Below, in pieces: positions 1 to 11,973 of a stretch of 64,000 nucleotides of DNA; positions within the stretch are counted from its first letter, which is position 1; each line of letters starts with the position of its first letter. Position numbers and translations under genes: made by a program. The notes under the pieces are model-generated. The model did not search any database and was not told where the DNA came from. It saw only the letters and a list, made by a program, of their open reading frames with translations. Source of the stretch: Lingula anatina (taxonomy: Eukaryota > Animalia > Brachiopoda); the NCBI GenBank assembly GCA_051362555.1, contig CM120642.1, positions 24,738,001 to 24,802,000 of the forward strand. Reading direction: 5' to 3'.

Positions 1-287
1 AAGAATAGCCCTCTTATTTGTCGAACTTGTATTAGTATCATCTCAGTACAACATGCCTTATTTTGCTAATCTAAGTTTTCACTCATCGAGTAGGCCCCTA
101 ACTGATAAACCACCGTCATTTTTATCAAAGGTCATCGTCATAAACCACATGCATCTGAACCGAAAAACGACGTGTCAGTATAAAATTCGGTTGAATTTAA
201 ATTCTCTTGCCGTGGCATTGATTGTCATATAGTGTCTGATTAAACACATAAATCCTCTTGACGCACTTGATGAGCTTTACCTTTCAG

Positions 288-2202
288 GAAAGGACACGAT
301 GGAAGTATGGGTAGACGACGATAAAATTGATCCCACGGTTTGTATTCTCATTTTCGTTTATTTAACATAACTAATCAATAGAGATTGAATGTCCTTGAAT
401 CTTCTAATCTTTTCCTATGCAATCTCTCATCCTCTCTTTTGGTGCTCTTTTTTATGAACACAATTTTGGAGCCAGGATATCAAGAAAAGGGCGAGGAGAC
501 AAAAAGCTCATCTTCCATTTCCCTTTCAACTATTTGTTTTTGAAAACGAGACTGCTTGTCTTCCGGTGGATTTGATAATCATTCCTCTTTCAAGATTAAC
601 TAAACAGTATTTTACTTAAAAGTACTATAATACCATGAATATGAACAAATCAAATGGATATGTCAGACCGTTACCCTGTAGTTTATCAGTATGTGCAGTT
701 TTCATAAATGTACATGTAGCCTACATGTAGATCCAAAAAATTGTTGCACCGGAACCATACACTTTAAGTCTGAAAAAAATCTGTGTGCAGTAAAATAAAT
801 GCATTATAATTGCATTATCGTAAATCATAATTCTCCGTAAATAAGACTCATTGTAAAAATAGATACCTTGATTCATTTTTGTCCCATATCGATGCAGTTC
901 TATAATTGATACAGAAACGATGAAAGGAGCATTTACCAAAATTCATATAAGGGCCTATATTCTAATAAGTACGTTTTATTACTAGCCTGAAAACCAAACC
1001 ACCACCTACTTTTTAAAGTGAGGTGAATTTCACAAAATCGTCTCAGCACAAACGGCAAATGGTGGCAATTTGACCTTGACTGTATTGAGCAAAAAGGGAA
1101 TGTATGTATTTTATGGGTAATTGCACTGGGCACGACATTATACATGTAAAACTGTATTGATATCCAGTTTATTCAGGACAGTACGTTCCCACGAGGATAA
1201 AAAGTGCAGGTGCACCAGTGTCGAAACACAGGCTGCTTGGTATACAAGTTGACTTCGATTTTCAATATGTTCTTTTTTCCTCAAGGGGCGTGTGACAAAA
1301 ATCGAACGTGCCTTTCAGCCCAATCCATCGTATATTCTGAGCCAATAAATAAGACGAACTGTAAGTAAGGTGGGAACATAAAGCTTACATGAAGCTCAGG
1401 GCCGTAGCCTCCGGGGGGGGCAGGGGGGGCAGCTGCCCCCCCTGGAATTTGGAATTTTACACACCATACCCACCCTCCTCGGTAGCTTCGCCCCCTCGTG
1501 TCCGCTTACTGCCCCCCCTGGCATTTTGCTCAGGCTACGGCCCTGAAGCTGATACGTATTACACCCGCAGAAACCTGGTTGAGCACCATGCAACACGTTT
1601 GGAAACGTGCGCATACACTTCATACTACCTTGGTTACTCTTAACAACCCTCAAACATAAGTAGTCTGATAGATATCCCATTTGTCATCTACGCCACATTG
1701 ACCGATGTTAAGAATATCGATATATTCGAGCTCCATAGTATAGGCACTGTTTCCATATATAACAACCGGAGCGGCGCCATTGTTTTTATAATAGTAATAT
1801 TTGTAAAATGTTTAAGGTCATATACACCTAAAAACCGATGTAAAATGCATCGTTTTAGAGGTTACCACGAAGGTTGCCTTCAAATCGGTGTGAAAGTTTG
1901 TTTCTCGTAATAAGTAGGATTTGTAGCCAGTGCCCTATAAAAGAAATAGGCGTGCAAGTGTGTCTTTTACCATCAAGTTAATGCTCTTTTTTAAAATTAT
2001 ATCATTATAGAAATGGAAAAAAATCCACAAATTATCTCTTTTGTCTTCATTGATTTTTCAAATATTTCTCGTATTTCAGAGCCGCTTCTCTGGGAGTACT
2101 GTCATTATGGATTTCAAAATAGGCAAGCACCAAGCCCGGATAAGAAGTACAAAGGGAGATGATGATGATATGCTTACAATTGATGGAATCCCTGTAGATT
2201 AA
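288..2202 (+). CDS. FAIM: FAIM-like (Fas apoptotic inhibitory molecule) gene, last two exons 288-337 and 2080-2202; 5' part lies outside the window
   Basis: Splice sites tttcag|288, 337|gtttgt, atttcag|2080 and stop TAA at 2200-2202. The spliced peptide (x)KDTMEVWVDDDKIDPT|SRFSGSTVIMDFKIGKHQARIRSTKGDDDDMLTIDGIPVD* resembles the FAIM C-terminal domain as I recall it (KDTMDVW...F.IG.H...I...L.VD...IP). The join is in frame. Confidence 0.65.
1397..1545. mobile_element. Non-autonomous hAT-like MITE with 5-bp TSD (copy 1, 149 bp), in the FAIM-like intron
   Basis: TIR CAGGGCCGTAGCC...GGCTACGGCCCTG. Direct repeat AAGCT at 1392-1396 and 1546-1550. GC-rich interior shared with the copy at 20005-20278. 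Confidence 0.8.
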
Positions 2203-2751
2203 AAACTGACAGCGAGTTTACTTTGAAGACAGGTCGAGTCATTTGCCTATCACTGGGCGCGGCACATGACTGACGTTTGCAATTGAAAACAGTCTTCATA
2301 TAAAATAACCCGAGGACGGGCGAGCTATTTTCATTGTAAATTCGCCTTGGATTGTGTATACGGTATAGCAAGGGCAATTACATATAGGACTGACATTTAC
2401 ATTTTAATACTTAAAAGTAAAAACGTCTTTTTTTGTATCGAGAGTGATTTTTTGAATTTCTATTGACGGAATTTCATATGGGATGGATACATATAGGTAC
2501 ATGTAGGCTTCCGAGGAATATTGCTGGTTATGCATATCATACAACATTGGTCAAAAAGAGTGTCCCACCCCCAGTTTCATGTGCTTTTAGTTATAGTTTG
2601 TATTTTCTGTATCAATAATCATGTTAGTTATGGTACCTGGAATGAAAATCATTATTTATAACTGAGAGAACAGTTTCATTAGCTCTGTATGTATAAATTC
2701 AAATTACTGTTTTTCTTTTTATCAAGAGCTTGTAAAATATGTGGGTATTAC

Positions 2752-2792
2752 CTCCAATATTTCTGTGACTGTCAGTCACCATCATCGGGGAG
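2752..2792 (-). ncRNA. Mirror copy of the putative hammerhead ribozyme in the minus-strand Penelope arm
   Basis: Exact reverse complement of 4209-4249. Confidence 0.6.
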
Positions 2793-3608
2793 TAAATGAC
2801 TAGGGTCATTTCACCTGGAATGAAAATCCAGGTCAATTGCCCCTAATCACTGGCCTTGTGTTGTAACTGTTACTTGCTCCCCCCGGGGCTCCTCTGCATC
2901 CCTCTGGAGCACCGTGAGGTAGATAGCTGGTAAATCATACCCCCCTGTCTGTTCAGGTCTGGTTGTTTGGTCCTGATGTGTACAGCTTCTGCTATTTTTC
3001 TTTGGAATGTCCAGTTTTCCCTCTCTATCACTTTCAGGCTGTCAAAGTCTATGTGGTGACCTGGATGTTTGCAGGTATGTTCTCCAAGGGCTGATTTCCA
3101 GTTGTTTTTGGCCACTGAGTCTTTGTGTTCTTTCATTCTTGTGGCTAATGGTCTTCCTGTCTCGCCAATGTATTCTCCTTGGCAGGTTCCACATTTGACT
3201 GAATATATCACACCACATTGCTCTCCTTGGGTTAGAGGATCCTTGGGCTTCACTAGTGCTTGTCTCAGCGTCCAACCTGGCTTATGGTGGAGTTTGATGT
3301 TATATTTTTTATAAACCCGGCTTAGTTTTTCTGACAGACCTTGGCAGTATGGTAACACTATACTCTGCTTTGCACCCTCAATGAGGCCCATTGCATCCTT
3401 TTCTTTGTCATGTCTGTTCTTGCCTCTTTTTTCCCCTTGTTTTAGTGCCCATTTTGGATATCCACATGCTAACAGGTCTTTTTCAATCTTCTTCCTTTCT
3501 GTTTGTTTGTCTTCTGTATCGGATATCACGGTCTCACATCGGTGGAAAAGTGAAGCTGGTACACTAAGTTTTTGCGAGGTTGGATGATGAGACAAAGAAA
3601 AGGATGCA

Positions 3609-4154
3609 ATGGGCCTCATTGAGGGTGCAAAGCAGAGTATAGTGTTACCATACTGCCAAGGTCTGTCAGAAAAACTAAGCCGGGTTTATAAAAAATATAA
3701 CATCAAACTCCACCATAAGCCAGGTTGGACGCTGAGACAAGCACTAGTGAAGCCCAAGGATCCTCTAACCCAAGGAGAGCAATGTGGTGTGATATATTCA
3801 GTCAAATGTGGAACCTGCCAAGGAGAATACATTGGCGAGACAGGAAGACCATTAGCCACAAGAATGAAAGAACACAAAGACTCAGTGGCCAAAAACAACT
3901 GGAAATCAGCCCTTGGAGAACATACCTGCAAACATCCAGGTCACCACATAGACTTTGACAGCCTGAAAGTGATAGAGAGGGAAAACTGGACATTCCAAAG
4001 AAAAATAGCAGAAGCTGTACACATCAGGACCAAACAACCAGACCTGAACAGACAGGGGGGGTATGATTTACCAGCTATCTACCTCACGGTGCTCCAGAGG
4101 GATGCAGAGGAGCCCCGGGGGGAGCAAGTAACAGTTACAACACAAGGCCAGTGA
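3609..4154 (+). pseudogene. GIY-YIG endonuclease domain ORF in the inverted arm of the Penelope element (no RT, non-autonomous)
   Basis: 181-aa ORF with GVIY-x3-CxxC-x3-YIGET, R..EH, H...H and a conserved LN near the end. The minus-strand copy is frameshifted near its end by a 6-versus-7 G run. Confidence 0.85.
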
Positions 4155-4208
4155 TTAGGGGCAATTGACCTGGATTTTCATTCCAGGTGAAATGACCCTA
4201 GTCATTTA

Positions 4209-4249
4209 CTCCCCGATGATGGTGACTGACAGTCACAGAAATATTGGAG
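4209..4249 (+). ncRNA. Putative minimal type I hammerhead ribozyme (variant core) in the Penelope pLTR
   Basis: Layout: stem I CTCC, core CCGATGA (U4C variant of CUGAnGA), stem II GTGACT-GAC-AGTCAC, GAAA, palindromic AATATT helix III remnant, stem I' GGAG. Penelope pLTRs are known to carry minimal hammerheads. Confidence 0.6.
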
Positions 4250-5705
4250 GTAATACCCACATATTTTACAAGCTCTTGATAAAAAGAAAAACAGTAATTT
4301 GAATTATTTATAACAATCTTAACCTGTGATGTGATCATTTATAAATAGAAGCACATAATACTTAGGGTGGGACAACCTTTTTGACCAATGTTGTATACAA
4401 ATCCACATGAATATTTGTATAGAGATTGCAAAGAAACCTTCGTGGACATTTTATGCATCCTTTTTCACGAGGTTTATTTAGTAGCTTAGGTTTTTATATT
4501 ACGTGATTTATTTTTCATCGTCAGAAATCTTTATCACTGGCATGAACACAATCAAACCCAGAATGCGTGTAAGCTCATTGATGCAGGTAATATTTTGCCT
4601 GATAGGAAACTGTTCCAGTGTTAGTGAGTTTTTTTAGTGGGTACATACTTGTTTTTCTTTTTTCATTGTTAATGTCGTGAGCAAGACTTCCAGTTCCGTC
4701 CATGTTAAATGGTTAATTATTTTTGTTAAAACCTTTAAATAGGACATTTGCGCATCAGTTCTTAATATTCCTACAAATTGCAGATTCATTTTTCACATCC
4801 GACGCTGCTTTTAGAGTACATAGCGCATCCACCTTTGGGGACCATATAACTATCATTGCTACGCGATTCCAAGTTCGCGAAACAGTATACGAAACCCTGG
4901 AGAGTTTCTACGAAAGACAGGAACACCAATTTTACAATATGCACAAAAGTGCTTCCGAATGTGATCTATTTGTGTGATATATATATATATATATTGAAAA
5001 TATGATATATATATTGAAAATAAGTCTTCGCGTGTGTTATGAACTTCTACATACACGATGCAACGAAACTGTTTAGTAGATGATCAAAAACATTGCAAAT
5101 GAAAGCAACAAATTAGGTGCAATGGAAAATTCATTGTGTCATTAAGATTAAAAAGTTTATGTATGGTTACGCATACACTTTGTGCTAGTTTTTAGTCTTT
5201 TCCTTTGTCAAAATTTTACGTGTAATGTCAACATATCCAGCAAAACAAATCCCCGATACCATTGTTAATGTCACAGAAGAGGTGTTATACAGTAGCTAAA
5301 GAGACTAACATACCGGTGTTGACGCTTATAGTAATAATAAAATTTTTGCTGGACGCCGCCATTGCTCTTATGGATTTCTTTCTGTAAACATCAACACATA
5401 CTGCTGACAAAAATTTCTATTTAATCTTAGCACATTCATTTTTACTGAACAAATTATTATCTTTTTCATACATAATAAATGTTACATGCTTCATCATTTT
5501 GTTGCCGTTGATGTATTGCGCTAGTTTTGCATAGTCATGATACTACCCTGGATTTTAAAGAACTGATGGTGAAAACTTTTCTGTTGCAAATTATGTGAGG
5601 TGTCCGATTCCAATCCATTCATAATTGGAGTATTTTGTGAAGGTGTCATTTATGTATTGGGTCTTAATTTCAATAAAGAATTTAATTGCATCATCATCAT
5701 CATCT

Positions 5706-5707
<2 letters not shown>

Positions 5708-5751
<44 letters not shown>

Positions 5752-7326
5752 TTTATTTCTTATATAGTGCATTCCATTTTTTACATTTCAATGCACTTTA
5801 CAAATAATTAAAAAGTCTAAAAATAACAATACTAAAATACTTTAACATTTACTGATAAAATTAATTAATTAAAGAAAGCAGAGAAAATTTATTGATATAA
5901 CTTTAAAATACTACTAAAATTAACCCAAGCTCACTCTTAATAAATGATAAACAACTAAAAGGTTTAAAGGAACACTAACCATAAAATTCTTTAAAAAGAT
6001 GAGTTTTAAGACAGGCTTTAAAAGTATTATAGTCACTTTCAGCTCTGATACTAAAAGGCAATTTGTTCCACAATTTTGGAGCATAAACAGTAAAAGCCCG
6101 GTCTCCATAGAATTTGTTGCATTTTCTGTCTATTTCACAGTGATTGAGTATAAAATTGTTTTCAAAAGAGTTTCTTGTTAACCTGCGTGGTTCAGATCAC
6201 TGAATAAGATGTGCAATATAACCAGGTGTGTTTTCTTTAAAAGCTCTAAAAATTATGCACAACACTTTGAATAAAATTCTTTGTTTGATTGGCAGCCAAT
6301 GCAATTCCTTTAACACTGGAGTGATATGATCCAAGCTCTGGTTCCTTATCTTTTTAACTAATCTGGCCGCTGAATTTTGAATCAATTGGATTTTTTTCAA
6401 TTTGCTGTCACTCACCCCAAAAAGAATACTGTTGCAATAATCTAATTTTGATGTAATAAAAGCATGAACTAATTTTGTAGTTGTTTCTATATTTAGTAAA
6501 TTCCGAATCTTCCCTATTCTCCACAGTGAAAAAGATGCCGACTTACAAACATTGTCTATATGCTTGTCAAAGATCCCAGCTGAATAAAAAAAACACACCT
6601 AAATTTCTAGCACTGACAGATGCTTTCACAGACACATTGCCAATGCGAACATTAGTGTTAGTAGCACAGTCCTTTCTATCTTTAAATTTAGATGAAAACC
6701 AGATTATTTCCGTTTTAGTGTCATTTAGAGCCAGCTTATTTGAAAGCATCCACACCCGGATCTCATCAATACATTTCTCTATGTCTGACACTACAGAATA
6801 ATCACACCGACTATCACAAGTTACATAAATCTGAGTATCATCAGCAAAAATTGTGGTCTGAAGATTGTGCTTAGAAATGATCTCCTCAAGAGGCACCATA
6901 TAGAGTGAAAAAAGTAGTGGGCCTAACACCGATCCCTGCGGAACACCATATTTCAGGGTTTCAGGGGCAGAAAGAAGGGAATTAATTTCCACTTTTTGTG
7001 TTCTTCCCTTTAAGTAAGAGCTCAACCAATCAATCACCATTCCTGAATGCCAAACCTGCACTGCAAACGTTGTAGTAAAATATCATGGTCAATCGTGTCG
7101 AAAGCAGCAGAAAGATCCAAGAGGACCAAGATGACATCACAGTGATTGTTTAATGAGAGCATGATATAATTTTGAACCTTTAGCAGGGCTGTTTCAGTAC
7201 TATGACCCGTTCTGTAGGCTGATTGGAATTTACCATACAGAGAATGTGCTGTTAAGTAGTTGTTCAGTTGCGAGAATGCCATTTTTTCCAGAAATTTACT
7301 AATGAAAGAGCAGTTGGAAACAGTTA
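5708..7326 (-). mobile_element. 5'-truncated, frameshifted CR1-group (L2/Crack-like) LINE
   Basis: Successive minus-strand ORFs carry RT motifs QSAYRTGHSTETAL, LLDLSAAFDT, YGVPQGSVLGPLLFSLY, FADDTQIY, KLDYCNS and LHWLPIKQRILFK. The 3' end has an AATAAA-like signal followed by a (TAT)n tail, seen as (AAT)n at 5708-5750. Confidence 0.92.
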
Positions 7327-9301
7327 ATGATAATGGAAAAATTATAAGGTACCGTTACGGACCTGATGGGAAGCTTGTGCCTCTATAAATGTTCATTGTC
7401 AGCCATGTACAAGAGAGACTATGGAATCACCCGTGAGTAAAAAGAAGGATATGTTATTTATATCATTCAAGTGCGTTTTGCATCATGATAACTGATTATA
7501 CTATACAGAGTCATTCATAACTGAGTGAGAGCATTTTTTAACGATTCGAGGTACGGTATGTTTGTATACACTTGAAATGGATAGCACAAAAGGCACATTG
7601 CTCCGTGTCTTCTCTGTCGCAATTATGTGATTAATTTTTCCTAAGAGGTCACGTGAGACACTGGTGTTATATGTCTTAGTCGTTATTTTAGACCTAAATA
7701 ATATGATCATAAAATAATAATATAATAGTAATAGTAGTATAAAGCATCGAATCCAAAAACAGGGGGGTCTAGCACTGTTGGGAGATTTGGAGAAATTTGT
7801 TTGTGTTTTGTTAATCATTATTAAGAGGAAATATCGATTTTGTGGAAAAATCCCAAACAGAATGCCTTTTTAAAACACCCAATTCCAAACCCAATATGAG
7901 GTGCAAATGAGGTCACAGGCATGCTCTTAATATATTTAGTGCACAGATTACAAATTGTGTTTGATTCTTCAAGGGTCCCATATGAAGAAGTTTGTGCCAA
8001 AGTTTCACTCTCCTGGAGCCATGAATAATAAAAAATTATTTAACTAACCCTAAAAAGAAACATACGTTACCGTCACAAATGCAAAACTGTGGAAACGTTC
8101 CACTCACTTTGAAAATCCAATCATCACTGGTTTTGTTTTTTAATTTATCTCCCCCAAGTATAACGTTGTAAAACTTATGATAATCATCTGTGTAGAGCTG
8201 TTGATTTTTTTTTTTTTTTTTGAGCATTTTAAGTTTGCTTGCCACTGAATATTACAAAAGGCGGGAATATACTACATTGACAGTAAAATGAACATTAAAT
8301 AAACTGTTTTCCATTCGTGGTCCAAATATTGTATCAGAAATACCAAACTCTCTCAAGGAACCACAATATATTTTTCAGTCAGCAACATAAAACCCTGTTT
8401 CCTATTGCACCAAGTTTTTGGGCAAGATGAAACCTTCTGACAATATTCCTGGGAAACATACGTTACGCAGTATTAGCCAAAACGCAAAACCCCTCGAGTT
8501 ACAATTTAAAAAATCCTCACGTCATATCACTGTACAAAATATATCGGAATGCGATATAAAAATTAAAATTATATGGCCCGGAACATACGTTACCGGAACT
8601 ACATGTACATTACCATTTCGGCTCCTTACATAATGTATAGACATGGTAAAAATGAAAAATCCATGTAAAGTTGAAGACAGACGTGGATTTTTGTTCTATT
8701 CACATGTTTTAAAAATTGAATAAGACTTAAAATTCATTCAATTTTATCTATTTATTTATATTTCAGCATGTGAAATGCACCTCTATATTGCGTTTGGGTG
8801 TTAGGCGAATGTCTTCTATGACGGTGTCAGCCAAGCACTCATGAAAACTGGGTTGTACATGTATATACGCGTTTGAAATGTGCTGAACGATAATTACGAG
8901 CGGGATTCACAGACAAAGTGAAGGTTTTTGCGTTCATTTTGCCCCTCGTGAGAAACAGCATTGCCGATAACATTTCACACGGCGTGTTTGTAATTAGTTA
9001 TTTTTTTTGAAGCCATTATTAAGTTTACGTGACGTTCGGTATCACGTATCAAAAGTGAAATATTCAAAGGTATACTTAAAACGGCATTTAGAGATTACAA
9101 TATAAATATCAAGTTAAATTTATAACCATTCATGTCCAATCTACACAGACATCTGCCTAAAAAGGCATATACCAAATTCTCGTGACGGTATATCTATGTC
9201 TGGAAATCAGCAAAACATATGTTTTCGCGGATAAATTGATATCATATGCAAACTGAATAAAATAATGCAATTTGGTCACCCCTTCGGGTCAAATGAAGTT
9301 G

Positions 9302-9336
9302 TATAAAGAGCCCCGTGGTTTCAGAGAAACACCAGT
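9302..9336 (+). promoter_or_regulatory. Candidate TATA box and initiator for the double-LU gene
   Basis: TATAAAG at 9302-9308 and Inr-like CCAGTT about 30 bp downstream, ~100 bp upstream of ATG 9405. Confidence 0.45.
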
Positions 9337-9404
9337 TCGGAAAAAGCTTGACTCTTGGACGCACTGGTATATTTAATGCACCACTGTCAATGCCTTCCAA
9401 CAGA

Positions 9405-11782
9405 ATGACTTTTTTCGGGATTTTGTGTTTTTTGTTCCTCTACTTGGCAAGGGAAGGTAAGCACAAAATGTTGGAATACATATTGCTGTGCGTTTATTTA
9501 TTTATTTTTTTAACTAAAAAATTCAATTACGTTTAAAGCGTATTATTCACCTCCTTGTAACTGGTCAGTCTTTTTTTCTTTTCTTTTTTTTTTTTTTTTT
9601 TTTTTTGCTGTTATACATGTATACCTTTATTTCGATACACTTAATTTTACTTATGGAGAATAGGATATATATTATGTATTTTGGCGAATAGTGAATAATA
9701 TGTGAAGATGATATCATTACATTTTCTAGAAAAACAGTTCTTGTACATGTTTGAAATTGCCGGAATTACTTGAGAATAGAGGTAGAAAGAGTAAAGATGG
9801 TCACTGACATTTTAAACAAACAGCGCACAGCCCTTCCAACACAAGGAAGAACGAACTAGCATATATTAGTATTTTGAAAGAAATAATTTATGACACGCTA
9901 TTATTCCCAGTTTCTGGATATGGTTTCCAGATTAAGGGTTCACTTTATGTGCCGATATATCGCACATAGAAAAATCTTGATATTGGTTTTCACAATCTTG
10001 GTTTCTTTTGTTCCCATTTTATCTGTATGAAAAACTTACCTGTACACTGAAATGTACTTAACATAGTTCCTAAGTGTGTGATCTTTTCCAAGAAGAGATG
10101 ATATATCAAATTTATTACTTCCCAATATGTTCAAAGATCATACAAAGATCGTACTTTTAGTATGTTCTTTTATGATACTCAAATGTCATTAAAATTCGTT
10201 TAAACACTGTTCATATAATGGTCATTTAATACATTTATCAATTGCTTTAATCCATATACAGTTACTTATTGTATGTACGATCTAATTTGAATTGCAAGTA
10301 AACATTATTATTATCTTAAAACTTATTTGGAGACACGTTTCCGACAGATCAAAAACTGATTCAAAGTTACTCAAAATGTAAAAGAATCGCGATCGGTGTT
10401 TTTCGAATACAAAACAAGAGAAAAACGGCAATATTCATCAATTTCTGTCCCAAAAACTGGAAATGATCCGCCCACACCGCTCACTAATGGGTAGAGTCAC
10501 ACCTTTGTGCGTTTTTAAGTGCTTTTTTAGTGCTCAATATCTTTTCATCTCGGTAAAAAATTAATGGTTCGGGTGAAAGTCACCACAACGTGCTTATTAT
10601 GGTGAACATTAGGTGCTACAGGTGTAACTTAAATCATTATATTTTCCCACGAGACTAAAATTATATAGGTTTTTATAACCCATCCGTAACGACATTTAAG
10701 CAAATGCATTCCATTAAGAAACTGCTCCCAAAAACAATGCTTTGTTTGTTAAAAATTACATTTAAAGTTTGAACTGGGCTTGTTTTCTAACCCCTAGTGT
10801 ATTTTGTTATAAATGTATATTAAAAATAAACAGTGATTTTATCTTTCACGAATCTTTTTCTTGTTTATCATCATTTTGAATTTTTTTTCAATCTCTAACA
10901 TATATTTCTTGAATCCCAGCCGAGAGTATTCGATGCAGTTCGTGTCTTTTGCTCACATCCAACAACAAAGACATACAGAACGCCATGGCTTCTGCATTCA
11001 GTCGTGTTTTCAACTCTAAGTGCGCAGACGATAATGCTGCGGGTGTCAATGAAATACAGTGTCCGGGCTCTTGCGAACATGTGTCCTCCAACGTTGGACT
11101 CCAGAGAGATGTGAGTTTTTTGTATTGTTTTTTCCATAATAATGTAATAAAAACTTTTATTATACTAGTATGTGCGTGAATGTTCCTCATAGGCCTATAC
11201 TGACTTCGCAAAATAAGCAACCATTAAATTCAGCACACAGGTACTCTCCAATGTCAGAAAATGGGCAAAAACAAAATTTATTTTTATTTTAATCATATCC
11301 AAGTTCTGTACATTATCAGAAAATGGGAATCAGTAAGGGACGCAAACTTTCACCAAATTTTGATCTGCAACGGAAGTTGGCAACAAATAAAACATGGTCA
11401 TTGAAAAGGAACATATGTAGCCTAGTACCCTCTCCATCTCTCTAAGAGGTTTCGTTTAATTTAAATATTGGTCAAGTATGAACTTTTTAAAATAATTACA
11501 CATGCCTTTTATATGGTATGCTATTATTAATTATCTCATCTTCAGGGAGGTCCACCAATAACACTTACACTTCACATGCGCCGGTGCAACGCTCTACAAA
11601 GCCTGGATGTCGGTTGTCAAGCACTGACCATGGAGGAAGACGAGAAAAAGGTCCAAGGTTACTTGGGAGCCATATTGGGGACTGTGCCTCGTTTTACCAG
11701 TGTCCAGGGCCGTTATTGTTTGTGTAATTCGGATGGATGCAATGCAAACACCAGGAATCTTCCTGTAATGGCCCCAGGTGAG

Positions 11783-11835
<53 letters not shown>

Positions 11836-11937
11836 AGTGCAGAGAGAAAATAAGAGCGAATGGGCCAAATGGAGAGAGAGAAAGAAAGACATACGGGATA
11901 GAGAAAAGTGCTGTGAGAAAGATAGAGAGAATGGGTC

Positions 11938-11973
<36 letters not shown>

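Larger units (their letters stand above)
2663..4305 (-). mobile_element. 5'-truncated Penelope-like retroelement (Penelope/Poseidon type) with inverted pseudo-LTR
   Basis: The minus strand from 3590 encodes the RT thumb end (HHPTSQKLSV...LLACGYP) and a GIY-YIG endonuclease (GVIYSVKCGTCQGEYIGETGRPLATRMKEH). Segment 2696-3409 is the reverse complement of 3591-4305; the only difference I found is one G/C-run indel. There is a 33-bp extension at 2663-2695 and a TSD ATTTATAAC at 2654-2662 and 4306-4314. Confidence 0.93.
2542..4393. mobile_element. Tc1/mariner-type MITE (~200 bp when empty), split by the Penelope insertion
   Basis: TIRs of ~29 bp, CAACATTGGTCAAAAAGAGTGTCCCACCC (2542-2570) and GGGTGGGACAACCTTTTTGACCAATGTTG (4365-4393), flanked by TA at 2540-2541 and 4394-4395. 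Imperfect subterminal inverted similarity continues inward. Confidence 0.8.

Noticed and set aside
2870-3619. 249-aa minus-strand ORF as a real gene
   Set aside because: Its first ~10 codons come from the inverted arm and its end is frameshifted. It is a truncated Penelope fragment.
2696-4305. Near-perfect palindrome as an assembly artefact
   Set aside because: A TSD, the asymmetric 33-bp tail and the two halves of the interrupted MITE on either side favour a real insertion. Long reads would settle it.
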